From: Amphiscolops sp. MND2022
Taxonomy: Eukaryota
Length of the DNA: 64,000 bases
Assembly (NCBI GenBank): GCA_964187785.1
Contig: OZ076409.1
Coordinates: 2,792,001-2,856,000 of the forward strand
Reading direction: 5' to 3'
The notes beneath the pieces are model-generated. The model was not told the origin of the DNA and searched no databases. It was given only the letters and a program-made list of their open reading frames with translations. The position numbers were made by a program, and so were the translations under genes. Within the stretch, counting starts at the first letter, position 1; each line of letters starts with the position of its first letter. This document shows positions 38,208-48,537 of this stretch, one piece after another.

Positions 38208-38504
38208 TCAAGATAAGAAGTCTGGAGGGGTCGTTTTCTTAAAAACTCTGTGCAACGTTCGTCGGGCCAATCGGAGCCGAATCGTCTGACCCTCGACGTT
38301 TTCCCCTGGGATCGGGAGATTCAGCAGGAACAGGGCAAATTCGACCCAACCAGGCGACAGATATTCTAGTAAAAACTGCTCGCCATCCTCCAATACCATT
38401 TTGACATCGTAACCACCGTCCACACTCAGGCTCTGAGTAGAGAAAGCTCTTCGATAGTAGAGCGACGCCCATCGCAGTCGTATTAGGATATTCTCGTGCA
38501 CCAT
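38208..38504 (-). CDS. Antisense accessory ORF A (98 aa, MVHENILIRLRW...), unknown function
   Basis: Optimal ACCATGG start context, globular-looking composition, present in both elements. Confidence 0.45.
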   Translation of the reverse strand: MVHENILIRLRWASLYYRRAFSTQSLSVDGGYDVKMVLEDGEQFLLEYLSPGWVEFALFLLNLPIPGENVEGQTIRLRLARRTLHRVFKKTTPPDFLS

Positions 38505-38882
38505 GGTTCTCACTTATCACCAAATTTTGTAAGAGACGTAAAACTTTGAAAGATGTAAAGTAGAATTTTGTAGTTCCGAAACGTCGATTTGGCGAAAGCT
38601 GTTGGTGAAGAGTAAATTTGCTAAGTAAACAAAACATTCGACAGCGAGAAATCCACCTCATGTAATCTTTGATTCTTGACGAACTTTAAGACGTGAATAA
38701 CATAACAAGCAAGTAAGGAATCATGAAAGTCCGTACCCGAATGTTGCCGATATAGAATAAGACCACAGGAAAATCTTTGTTTACCCTCTAAATAGCTCTC
38801 TAAATAAAAGTTGGATAAAGAAACGCCTCTATCATAAAGAATTACCCGTCGTTTGATACCTATTGTCCTTGCAATTGCATAG

Positions 38883-39185
38883 ATGGCTTTCAGAAAACTT
38901 TTCTTTGACTGGCCCCTACCGGACCGAACCAGACCTGTAAGATTGGATCGGATTAGATGCTGGTTCGATGGAGAACCTATCGTCGTTGACATTTTCTGTC
39001 GTGATCTCTATTGCCAAGAAGTAATTACAATACCTCCGAGGACATTGCTGTGGAATATTTTTTTCGATTTTTTATATGACTGGGCCATAATACGAACCCA
39101 CCAGGAAGATCAAGAAATTGAGGATGTCATCAGTTTGCTCGAGTATATGGTTGACTTTCTTCGACCTCCCCTGGTGCGCAAATGA
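38883..39185 (+). CDS. Sense accessory ORF B (100 aa, MAFRKLFFDWPLPD...), unknown function
   Basis: ATGG start, downstream AATAAA at 39394, present in both elements. Confidence 0.45.
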   Translation: MAFRKLFFDWPLPDRTRPVRLDRIRCWFDGEPIVVDIFCRDLYCQEVITIPPRTLLWNIFFDFLYDWAIIRTHQEDQEIEDVISLLEYMVDFLRPPLVRK

Positions 39186-39404
39186 GTTATGTTTTATTTG
39201 ATATTTTAATTGTTTTTTTATTTTTGATGCTATACTCCTTCAGGAACACTGTACATATTATCAACGATCGGCGTCATTTTTTATTCCGAAATCATTGTGA
39301 CCAATCCCGAATCATCCCCCCCACATTTATGTTCATGTTTAAACTAGACCCCACGATTCAGCCAACGATAATACCGTTAAGTTTATTCGGGAGAATAAAA
39401 GTCC

Positions 39405-39416
39405 AGAAGGGAAGAG
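39405..39416 (+). promoter_or_regulatory. Polypurine tract of element 1
   Basis: AGAAGGGAAGAG directly abuts the TG of the 3' LTR. Confidence 0.85.
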
Positions 39417-41459
39417 TGTGGAAATTTTAGATTTTGGTGTTTTAGAAAGATCCCATCCCTTTTTGCGCGAAGCCTAAAACATAGATGGAACTATGTTAAT
39501 CTCGTTTTTAGACCGTGGGAACAGTGAAAACAGCTGAAAAGGCTGACAATAGCGTGCTTCGATATGGCTTATTTGGCAAACTAGGTTTACTTAGTAAACG
39601 AAACTTCTTAGGCAAAAATTAACGAGCTAGCGAGTGACGTCAGCGATGAAATGATTCGAATCGGCTAAGTCGAAATTAATCTCTGAGAGCGAATTTTACT
39701 AAGTCCCACTTTCGAGGGAAAAAATATTCTAAGATACACCATGAAAAATCAATCGTCATAAAATCGAAAAACCCCCCCCAGTCAAGTTTTTCTCAAAGAC
39801 TATTTATTGTAGAGACTTGAAATTTGGCACACGTATACCTGAACTGTTATGCTACCGATCTATAAAAAGAGAACCGAGCCGAGACCCCCCAGTCCCGGGC
39901 TATTAGCACCGGAAGTGACCTAGGTCGACCCCCCTATGAACTCATCGGCCAAGCACGGAATAAGTCGTATTATATATAGAATTGATAGCCCACACGATAC
40001 TAGGCTCTTTGCGCATGTTTTCGGAACCCTATGACGCGCGTAGGAGGAGCACGGACCCTAAGTAAATAAACCCCGAATGTTATGTAAATAGCCACCGGAT
40101 GGCCCGACGATCATGAAACTTACCCAATATGTTCACATAGCGACCCTAAGTAATATACATGAAAGATACATTGATCGGTCCACCACGCGCGGAGTAATGT
40201 TTGTTTAAGGCACGCGGGACCGGACGCGCGGGCCCGACCGATAAAGGACATTGACCGTGGCTTGTAATACCTCAAACGAACCGGAATGATGAATGTTGTC
40301 AATTTATAACGTGAACGAAACCGTATTTATAACCCATGCGGGGGTAGCCGCCTTAAGTAAACAAACGATACGCATAGCGTGTAACTCGGTAACCATTGAC
40401 CCTAGGACGATATAACTTGGCATGTAGTGACATTAGATGATGACAAATAACTTCAAGGTCACAGATGGACCTCAAGGTCATCTTAGATGCAACCCCGGAA
40501 CATATAGGAAAACGTACGATAAAACATGTAAATCAGTGTCTTTAAGTGATAATTTATGCATTTCAGTCAGGCGGAACGATTCGCGATGCATTGCGCCCAA
40601 AAGGATGATAGAAAAGTACCCCTTACACGTAGAGAACATGTAAACCATGTAGTTGAAGGTCATTGAGCAATCGTCTCGATATTAGAAATATCTCGGGTGA
40701 CTTAAATTATTATTGAAATGTGGACTTCGAACAAGATGTGAATTACTTGACGTTGGTGGCAAAGAATGTTTAGCCGAAGTATAATTAGACGCGTTCACCA
40801 TGCCATAAAAGGAATAGTAAACATGAAGGTAAACACATGCAAATTCAAGACGTCGACGCCTGTATGTAACGAAAATGTCAATGTGATAGAATGTTAAGAT
40901 GAGATGATCAGAAACACGTGCAATAAACAAATATAGTTGAGGCGGATTTGGAATATAATTGAATAGGCAGAACCGAGTTAGAACGCTGGGAGCAAGTTGA
41001 GTCTCGCGGAGACAAGATACTTCTTCGGATTAACACTCGCGCTTCTCGACAACCGAGTTAGAGAGCTATCAGCAAGTTGAGCCTTAAACGAAGGCAAGAG
41101 ACTTGGCTAAGCTAGAGAACTCGTTCGACAGTAGTTGTTCTAACGACAGAGATCCTACAAGTACGGGACTTGTGTCTGCAGTTGACTGAATCGTGGATCT
41201 CAGTCTTAGCTTGTTTTGTTATATTGATTTGATAATTCTTGAAGAGGCGGTTTTGTTACTAATATTAAAGAAATTGGATTATTCAGCGTGTCCCCTTTTC
41301 TTTATCAATCGATGAGAGCCGAACTTGAGCACGGAGAGAACTTATGAAGAGAATTATACACGATAGAAAAACCGAAACTTACTCACCAAGAACCCTTTTT
41401 CTGATAGAGTTAGATCCTTGGGAATTTCTCTCCGCCCTTGCTATCTAAAAATTTCTACA
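39417..41459 (+). repeat. 3' LTR of element 1
   Basis: Direct repeat of 33310-35355. Confidence 0.95.
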
Positions 41460-41845
41460 ATGGTTTTCTGATTCTACTTTTTCTCGATATCGAGCAGTTC
41501 GTAGCGATTTTTTTCTTGCCATATTCGGCTTCGTAGTTAGATTTTTCTTGCCATATTGGGCTTCTTAGTAAGATTTTTCTTGCCATATTGGGCTTCTTAG
41601 TAAGATTTTTCTTGGAAACATGGCTCTCTTGATAAGATCTTACCATGGCATCTTGCAATTCTTGGCAATATCTTGTCACGATCTTAGCTAAGATTTTTCC
41701 AAGATCTTAGCAAGATCTTGCCAAGATCTTACTAAGATATCCATGGAGGGTCGACACGGGCATGCTCTAGCCAATTTGTATTTTTTTTCCAAATCTCTCT
41801 GTTTCAATGTTTTTTTAGAAAAAGAGCTTTATTTAAAATTCTCAC

Positions 41846-42147
41846 TCGGTCAGTATCGAGAGCTTCGACTTGAAAAACGTGCGACCCAGGTTTCAGATCC
41901 CAGTGAACGATGATCGGGGTATCGATGGCATCGGAGAAAATCGGTGGGTTGTCGTTGATATCGAATATTTCAATGGACACTTTGGCTAGTGATTGTATTA
42001 TGCTCGTGTCTTGAGGAATGGAGACTAAAGGGGTCAGGTTAGAGGCCTCGACTGCGAACGAAAGGTCAGGAGAGGTCATGGATTCACGGTCAAAGGGGTC
42101 AATCACAAATATATCTCCAGTTAACTCGTCCACAGAGAAATTCGTAT
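41846..42147 (-). CDS. PCDH15: PCDH15-like exon C (EC8/EC9: DTNFSVDELTG...FDRE...DINDNPPIF...EALDTDR)
   Basis: Acceptor TTTTTCAG|AT, donor CGA|GTGAGA; 302 nt, phase 1-0, matching both neighbours; DRE and DxNDNxP motifs. Confidence 0.93.
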
Positions 42148-42470
42148 CTGAAAAAGTTAAATGAAATCGAATGACGTTTTTTTTCGGTTAGGCGACAAAA
42201 TAGCTCTTACTATTTTGAAAAGTCGACAATTCGTCCCATCTTTCAAAAGCGACAATTCTTTCCAAATTGTTTAATTGATCAACTAATGAACAACTTTTTG
42301 AAGATTAAAATCAAAGAAATTATTGAGTATTGCATTTTAATTTACTAGTCTTGAAAAACTGAATAATGTGAAAAAAGATTTTCCAGTTTGTCAAATTGAG
42401 GCTCTAATTGGTGTTGGTGTTAATTGTTGGTACCTGCCTCTAAATATAATTTTTCCGAATTCAACATTAG

Positions 42471-44514
42471 TGTAGAAATTTTTAGATAGCAAGGGCGGAG
42501 AGAAATTCCCAAGGATCTAACTCTATCAGAAAAAGGGTTTTTGGTGAGTAAGTTTCGGTTTTTCTATCGTGTATAATTCTCTTCATAAGTTCTCTCCGTG
42601 CTCAAGTTCGGCTCTCATCGATTGATAAAGAAAAGGGGAAACGCTCAATAATCCAATTTCTTTAATATTAGTAACAAAACCGTCTCTTCAAGAATTATCA
42701 AATCAATATAACAAAACAAGCTAAGACTGAGATCCACGATTCAGTCAACTGCAGACACAAGTCCCGTACTTGTAGAATCTCTGTCGTTAGAACAACTACT
42801 GTCGAACGAGTTCTCTGGCTTAGCCAAGTCTCTTGCCTTCGTTTAAGGCTCAACTTGCTGATAGCTCTCTAACTCGGTTCTCGAGAAGCGCGAGTGTTAA
42901 TCCGAAGAAGTATCTTGTCTCCGCGAGACTCAACTTGCTCCCAGCTTTCTAACTCGGTTCTGCCTATTCAATTATATTCCAAATCCGCCTCAACTATATT
43001 TGTTTATTGCACGTGTTTCTGATCATCTCACCTTAACATTCTATCACATTGACATTTTCGTTACATACAGGGCGTCGGCGTCTTGAATTTGCATGTGTTT
43101 ACCTTCATGTTTACTATTCTTTTTATGGCATGGTGAACGCTTCTAATTATACTTCGGCTAAACATTCTTTGCCACCAACGTCAAGTAATTCACATCTTGT
43201 TCGAAGTCCACATTTCAATAATAATTTAAGTCACCCGAGATAATTTTAACATCGAAGAAATTGCTCAATGACCTTCAACTACATGGTTTACATGCTTTCT
43301 ACACGTACGAGGTACTTTTCTATCATCCTTTTGGGCGCAATGCATCGCGAATCGTTCCGCCTGACTGAAATGCATAAATTATCACGCAAAGACACTGATT
43401 TACATGTTTTATTGTATGTTTTCCTATATGTTCCGGGGTTGCATCTAAGATGACCTTGGGGTCCATCTGTGACCTTGAAGTTAATTGCCCTCATCTAATG
43501 TCACTACATGCCAAGTTATATCGTCCTAGGGTCAATGGTTACCGAGTTACACGCTATGCGTATCGTTTGTTTACTTAAGGCGGCTACCCCCGCATGGGTT
43601 ATAAATACGGTTTCGTTCACGTTATAAATTGACAACATTCATCATTCCGGTTCGTTTGAGGTATTACAAGCCACGGTCAATGTCCTTTATCGGTCGGGCC
43701 CGCGCGTCCGGTCCCGCGTGCCTTAAACAAACATTACTCCGCGCGTGGTGGACCGATCAATGTATCTTTCATGTATATTACTTAGGGTCGCTATGTGAAC
43801 ATATTGGGTAAGTTTCATGATCGTCGGGCCATCCGGTGGCTATTTACATAACATTCGGGGTTTATTTACTTAGGGTCCGTGCTCCTCCTACGCGCGTCAT
43901 AGGGTTCCGAAAATATGCGCAAAGGGCTTAGTATCGTGTGGGCTATCAATTCTATATATAATACGACTTATTCCGTGCTTGGCCGATGAGTTCATAGGGG
44001 GGTCGACCTAGGTCACTTCCGGTGCTAATAGCCCGGGACTGGGGGGTCTCGGCTCGGTTCTCTTTTTATAGGCGTGTGGCATAACAGCTCAATTATCCGT
44101 GTGCCAAATTTCAGGTCTCTACAATAAATAGTCTTTGAGAAAAACTTGACTGGGGGGGGGGTTTTTCGATTTAGTGACGATTGATTTTTCATGGTGTATC
44201 TTAGAATATTTTTCCCTCGAAAGTGGGACTTAGTAAAATTCGCTCTCAGAGATTAATTTCGACTTAGCCGATTCGAATCATTTCATCGCTGACGTCACTC
44301 GCTAGCTCGTTAATTTTGCCTAAGAAGTTTCGTTTACTAAGTAAACCTAGTTTGCCAAATAAGCCATATCGAAGCACGCTATTGTCAGCCTTTTCAGCTG
44401 TTTTCACTGTTCCCACGGTCTAAAAACGAGATTAACATAGTTCCATCTATGTTTTAGGCTTCGCGCAAAAAGGGATGGGATCTTTCTAAAACACCAAAAT
44501 CTAAAATTTCCACA
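42471..44514 (-). repeat. 3' LTR of element 2
   Basis: Direct repeat of 48538-50581; reverse complement of the element 1 LTRs. Confidence 0.95.
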
Positions 44515-44745
44515 CTCTTCCCTTCTGGACTTTTATTCTCCCGAATAAACTTAACGGTATTATCGTTGGCTGAATCGTGGGGTCTAGTTTAAACATGAAC
44601 ATAAATGTGGGGGGGATGATTCGGGATTGGTCACAATGATTTCGGAATAAAAAATGACGCCGATCGTTGATAATATGTACAGTGTTCCTGAAGGAGTATA
44701 GCATCAAAAATAAAAAAACAATTAAAATATCAAATAAAACATAAC

Positions 44746-45048
44746 TCATTTGCGCACCAGGGGAGGTCGAAGAAAGTCAACCATATACTCGAGCAAACTG
44801 ATGACATCCTCAATTTCTTGATCTTCCTGGTGGGTTCGTATTATGGCCCAGTCATATAAAAAATCGAAAAAAATATTCCACAGCAATGTCCTCGGAGGTA
44901 TTGTAATTACTTCTTGGCAATAGAGATCACGACAGAAAATGTCAACGACGATAGGTTCTCCATCGAACCAGCATCTAATCCGATCCAATCTTACAGGTCT
45001 GGTTCGGTCCGGTAGGGGCCAGTCAAAGAAAAGTTTTCTGAAAGCCAT
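44746..45048 (-). CDS. Accessory ORF B of element 2
   Basis: Translation identical to 38883-39185. Confidence 0.45.
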   Translation of the reverse strand: MAFRKLFFDWPLPDRTRPVRLDRIRCWFDGEPIVVDIFCRDLYCQEVITIPPRTLLWNIFFDFLYDWAIIRTHQEDQEIEDVISLLEYMVDFLRPPLVRK

Positions 45049-45426
45049 CTATGCAATTGCAAGGACAATAGGTATCAAACGACGGGTAATTCTTTATGAT
45101 AGAGGCGTTTCTTTATCCAACTTTTATTTAGAGAGCTATTTAGAGGGTAAACAAAGATTTTCCTGTGGTCTTATTCTATATCGGCAACATTCGGGTACGG
45201 ACTTTCATGATTCCTTACTTGCTTGTTATGTTATTCACGTCTTAAAGTTCGTCAAGAATCAAAGATTACATGAGGTGGATTTCTCGCTGTCGAATGTTTT
45301 GTTTACTTAGCAAATTTACTCTTCACCAACAGCTTTCGCCAAATCGACGTTTCGGAACTACAAAATTCTACTTTACATCTTTCAAAGTTTTACGTCTCTT
45401 ACAAAATTTGGTGATAAGTGAGAACC

Positions 45427-45723
45427 ATGGTGCACGAGAATATCCTAATACGACTGCGATGGGCGTCGCTCTACTATCGAAGAGCTTTCTCTACTCAGAG
45501 CCTGAGTGTGGACGGTGGTTACGATGTCAAAATGGTATTGGAGGATGGCGAGCAGTTTTTACTAGAATATCTGTCGCCTGGTTGGGTCGAATTTGCCCTG
45601 TTCCTGCTGAATCTCCCGATCCCAGGGGAAAACGTCGAGGGTCAGACGATTCGGCTCCGATTGGCCCGACGAACGTTGCACAGAGTTTTTAAGAAAACGT
45701 CGCCTCCGGACTTCTTATCCTGA
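45427..45723 (+). CDS. Accessory ORF A of element 2 (antisense to the element)
   Basis: Identical to 38208-38504 except one residue (KKTS vs KKTT). Confidence 0.45.
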   Translation: MVHENILIRLRWASLYYRRAFSTQSLSVDGGYDVKMVLEDGEQFLLEYLSPGWVEFALFLLNLPIPGENVEGQTIRLRLARRTLHRVFKKTSPPDFLS

Positions 45724-46297
45724 ATTCATTTGTACAAAAACTATCATTTTCACTCTAATTTCATCTTTCATCGCTTCATCCCCATTAACCTACTAAAATA
45801 ATTTATTGCATCTTTCTTTTTGGCATTGCGCAGTAGAGTAGTCCTACGGATCCTAATTTACATGTTCGAGGATAAGTTGAGATTGGTTGGGGTTATTTGT
45901 CGCGCCTAGCAAAACAACGAAGGAGAGTAGCACTAGGGTAGGAGTGGTGAGAGGGGGTGTGTGTGTATGTTCATAGGCGCTTTCATAAATGTAATCTGTT
46001 AGGGTCAGGGTTGGGTCTTGATACATTGAAGTGAATATAAACACAAGAATTGGGATCCTCGAAGTTCAGCCTCTGAAAAGTTACTCATCAAAAAAAAAAT
46101 TACATACAATTTCATCGTCTTGCAAAAAAAACTACGGTCGGCGGAACCTCGATTTGCCTGGACAACAAGAAGTATACTGACTTCACGAAAAAGAATAATC
46201 TAAAACCTTAATGATAAAAAAATCAGTTTTGGCGAAATTGATACTTAGGGGTTCGGTGAGTGGGGTTTCACATACATCGCAGCATCGTATCGCCTCG

Positions 46298-47545
46298 TTA
46301 GACACTGCATCGATTTACAGACTTCCACCTTGATCTCTTCCTTCGGCTGCTCCAGCGTCGGGTCCCTTCCGGTCTCGGGTGCATTGGCAGCGGGGGCATC
46401 ACCATTTCGTCGGGTTTCCATCTGCCATGCTTTCGGTGGGTCGGCCAGCACAGCCCACGTGAGCCCATTTGCTGTCGCTCATGTTTCCATCTATCATGCT
46501 TTCGGTGGGATACCCACAATCGCCTTCTGTGGCAGAGGGTTGGGCGCTGCTGGGTTACTTCGACGGGAATAAGATTGTTTGGTCGCTCAAAACGCCCAGT
46601 CAAGTGAGAGCGTTTTGATCCGCACCTCCCCTCTGCTTCCATCGCAGCTTCTGAGCTGCTGGCCCCATTGTCCTCATTGATACTTTCGGCTGACACATCG
46701 GGGTTCGCACGGAGTTCATTTCCTTCTATTTTGGCAATCAACTCGATTCGTTCGTATCCGACTGGGAACGCAATTTCGAGTTCCAGTTCTCGCAACAGAG
46801 CATCAATCATCGCTTCATCGTCCTCAGACAATTCATGCGGTTTGTCAAGCTCTTCCAGTTCTTTCAACAGCTCATCAATCATTTCATCATCTCGGTCACC
46901 CTGAGCAAATGTTGAAATTCGAGTCTCATTAGCTTTTATCCGCGCCTGTGGTTCGATCTTCTCCTCACTCAATTGCCTTTCTCGTTGCGAAAGCTTGGCC
47001 GTAGTGATTCCTACTTGACTTCGACCAATTGATTCGAAACCCTCAGTCACTGGAGTATACGTCGTCACAGCTACCGGATGCACATGCTTCCCTTCTGGAT
47101 TAATGCCACCCAGTTGGGACCATGGAACAATAGGGTTTTCGAGGCTAGCAGCAACTCCATTGTCAGTTGTGACGGCAGCGGTGTAAATCTCTCCGAAAGA
47201 GTTCACATGCTTTGGTGCACCTCCCAAAGCGCTGTCAAATTCTTGCCCGCTCGTCATCATTTTCTCACGCACTGTTCGGAGTTGGTCCGCCTGCATCGCA
47301 ATGATACCAGGCTGCTGGGCACTGCTGTTGCTGGGCAGTACTTCTCGGGCCACTCCAATTGTTTCTACTTTCATCTGTTCGCTTCGTGGAATCTCACTGG
47401 TACATTCTTGGCGAACCTTTCGTGTAGCTATCCTTGACGCTGCCGCTTTCACAATGTCTTCTGCTTGCTGTTGCGATAACGTAGCTTCTGGTGCGGCCGG
47501 GAAAACTTTCTCTTGTGACGGTCTCCCGGCCCTCACAAGTTTAAA
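46298..47545 (-). CDS. ORF2 of element 2 (-1 frameshift product, not Pol)
   Basis: TTTAAAC at 47545-47539 followed by the same stem; open to the same stop; only in-frame indels relative to element 1. Confidence 0.72.
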   Translation of the reverse strand, partial: FKLVRAGRPSQEKVFPAAPEATLSQQQAEDIVKAAASRIATRKVRQECTSEIPRSEQMKVETIGVAREVLPSNSSAQQPGIIAMQADQLRTVREKMMTSGQEFDSALGGAPKHVNSFGEIYTAAVTTDNGVAASLENPIVPWSQLGGINPEGKHVHPVAVTTYTPVTEGFESIGRSQVGITTAKLSQRERQLSEEKIEPQARIKANETRISTFAQGDRDDEMIDELLKELEELDKPHELSEDDEAMIDALLRELELEIAFPVGYERIELIAKIEGNELRANPDVSAESINEDNGASSSEAAMEAEGRCGSKRSHLTGRFERPNNLIPVEVTQQRPTLCHRRRLWVSHRKHDRWKHERQQMGSRGLCWPTHRKHGRWKPDEMVMPPLPMHPRPEGTRRWSSRRKRSRWKSVNRCSV

Positions 47546-48405
47546 GGATTCCTGATGAGTCGACAAACTTCTACAGGGTGACCATTTTCGCTGCACACAT
47601 CGCATCGACGGACACTGACCACTGTAGAAACAAATTGGCCCACCATATTCGTCAGACTACTCAATGCCCTAGTCATTTCATCCAACTGCTGCTTCATCTC
47701 CGTCACTGCAGTTTGATCTTCAGCCGCAGCAGCTGACTCCTGTGCAAGCCTGGCGTAAGCAACTCGTCTGCTCGGCCTAGTTCTCGCTGAGTTGGCAATA
47801 GCTTCCAATTCCACCGCTCTATCCACAGTACCAACAAATCCACGCGTTCGTTCTCGTAGCAAAACTTCTAGCAGGTCTGAATCTGATAGTCCATCTAAAA
47901 AACGTTCACGGAACAATTCGTCTCGCTGATCTGCTTCCTGATGACCAAAGACCAGCAGTCCCAAATTGCGAACGCGACGTGCAAACTCCCTCAAGGGTTC
48001 GCTCTCCTTCTGAACCAAACATTTGAATTCGTTGCGCCCTGCTCTATCGTTTCTTGTGACTCCCATCACTTGGTCCAAGTGCTCAAAGAGTGCTCGTAAA
48101 GTAGGTGCCCGTCGATTCACTACCTGAGTCTTCAGTTCCCGGGGTGCTGCCTGAAACTCTTCTAATGCATGTCCACTCAAACACACTGGCAGTGCACCGA
48201 TAGCCTCTGGGTCTGTCCACCTATTCGCTTCGGCCACTGCGATAAAGTGGGTCTTCCATTGAACCCAATCGGCAAACGAACTCGACGGAAACCTATCCGG
48301 TCGAATGGTTCCGCAATTGAAGATTCGATTCTGATTGCCATTCACTGCTCTTCCAACGGCCTGCATCGCAAACTCAAGCAGCTCACGTTTTGCGTCTTGA
48401 TCCAT
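47533..48405 (-). CDS. gag: Gag of element 2 with intact CCHC knuckle CDVCSENGHPVEVC
   Basis: Homologous to the element 1 Gag; CX2CX4HX4C. Confidence 0.88.
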   Translation of the reverse strand: MDQDAKRELLEFAMQAVGRAVNGNQNRIFNCGTIRPDRFPSSSFADWVQWKTHFIAVAEANRWTDPEAIGALPVCLSGHALEEFQAAPRELKTQVVNRRAPTLRALFEHLDQVMGVTRNDRAGRNEFKCLVQKESEPLREFARRVRNLGLLVFGHQEADQRDELFRERFLDGLSDSDLLEVLLRERTRGFVGTVDRAVELEAIANSARTRPSRRVAYARLAQESAAAAEDQTAVTEMKQQLDEMTRALSSLTNMVGQFVSTVVSVRRCDVCSENGHPVEVCRLIRNPLNL

Positions 48406-48537
48406 AATGAAATCCTTGTATAATATCCAACTCTACGAATATACATTCAAGTTGGAATCCAGAACTCGAAAAAAATGTTGTAAAACGTAACCAGTAAAAG
48501 AAAGCAAAGCAAAGCAAAGCCCACCCAGGAGCGCCAC

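Larger units (their letters stand above)
33310..41459 (+). mobile_element. LTR element 1: young pol-less (gag-only, TR-GAG-like) LTR retrotransposon, 8150 bp
   Basis: Two ~2045-bp TG...CA LTRs differing at only a handful of sites; TSD ATGGT (33305-33309 / 41460-41464); PBS; PPT; gag ORF; no PR/RT/RH/IN motifs. Confidence 0.95.
32881..41760. mobile_element. CMC/EnSpm-like MITE (CCC...GGG, TSD CA) split by LTR element 1
   Basis: TIR CCCGGGTTGACCCTC / GAGGGTCGACACGGG, CA on both flanks, subterminal CAAGATCTT repeats at 32900-33050 and 41510-41745. Confidence 0.7.

Noticed and set aside
38621..38992. 123-aa and 140-aa overlapping antisense ORFs in the accessory region
   Set aside because: They overlap ORFs A and B in other frames, are low-information, and their identity between copies is explained by nucleotide identity.
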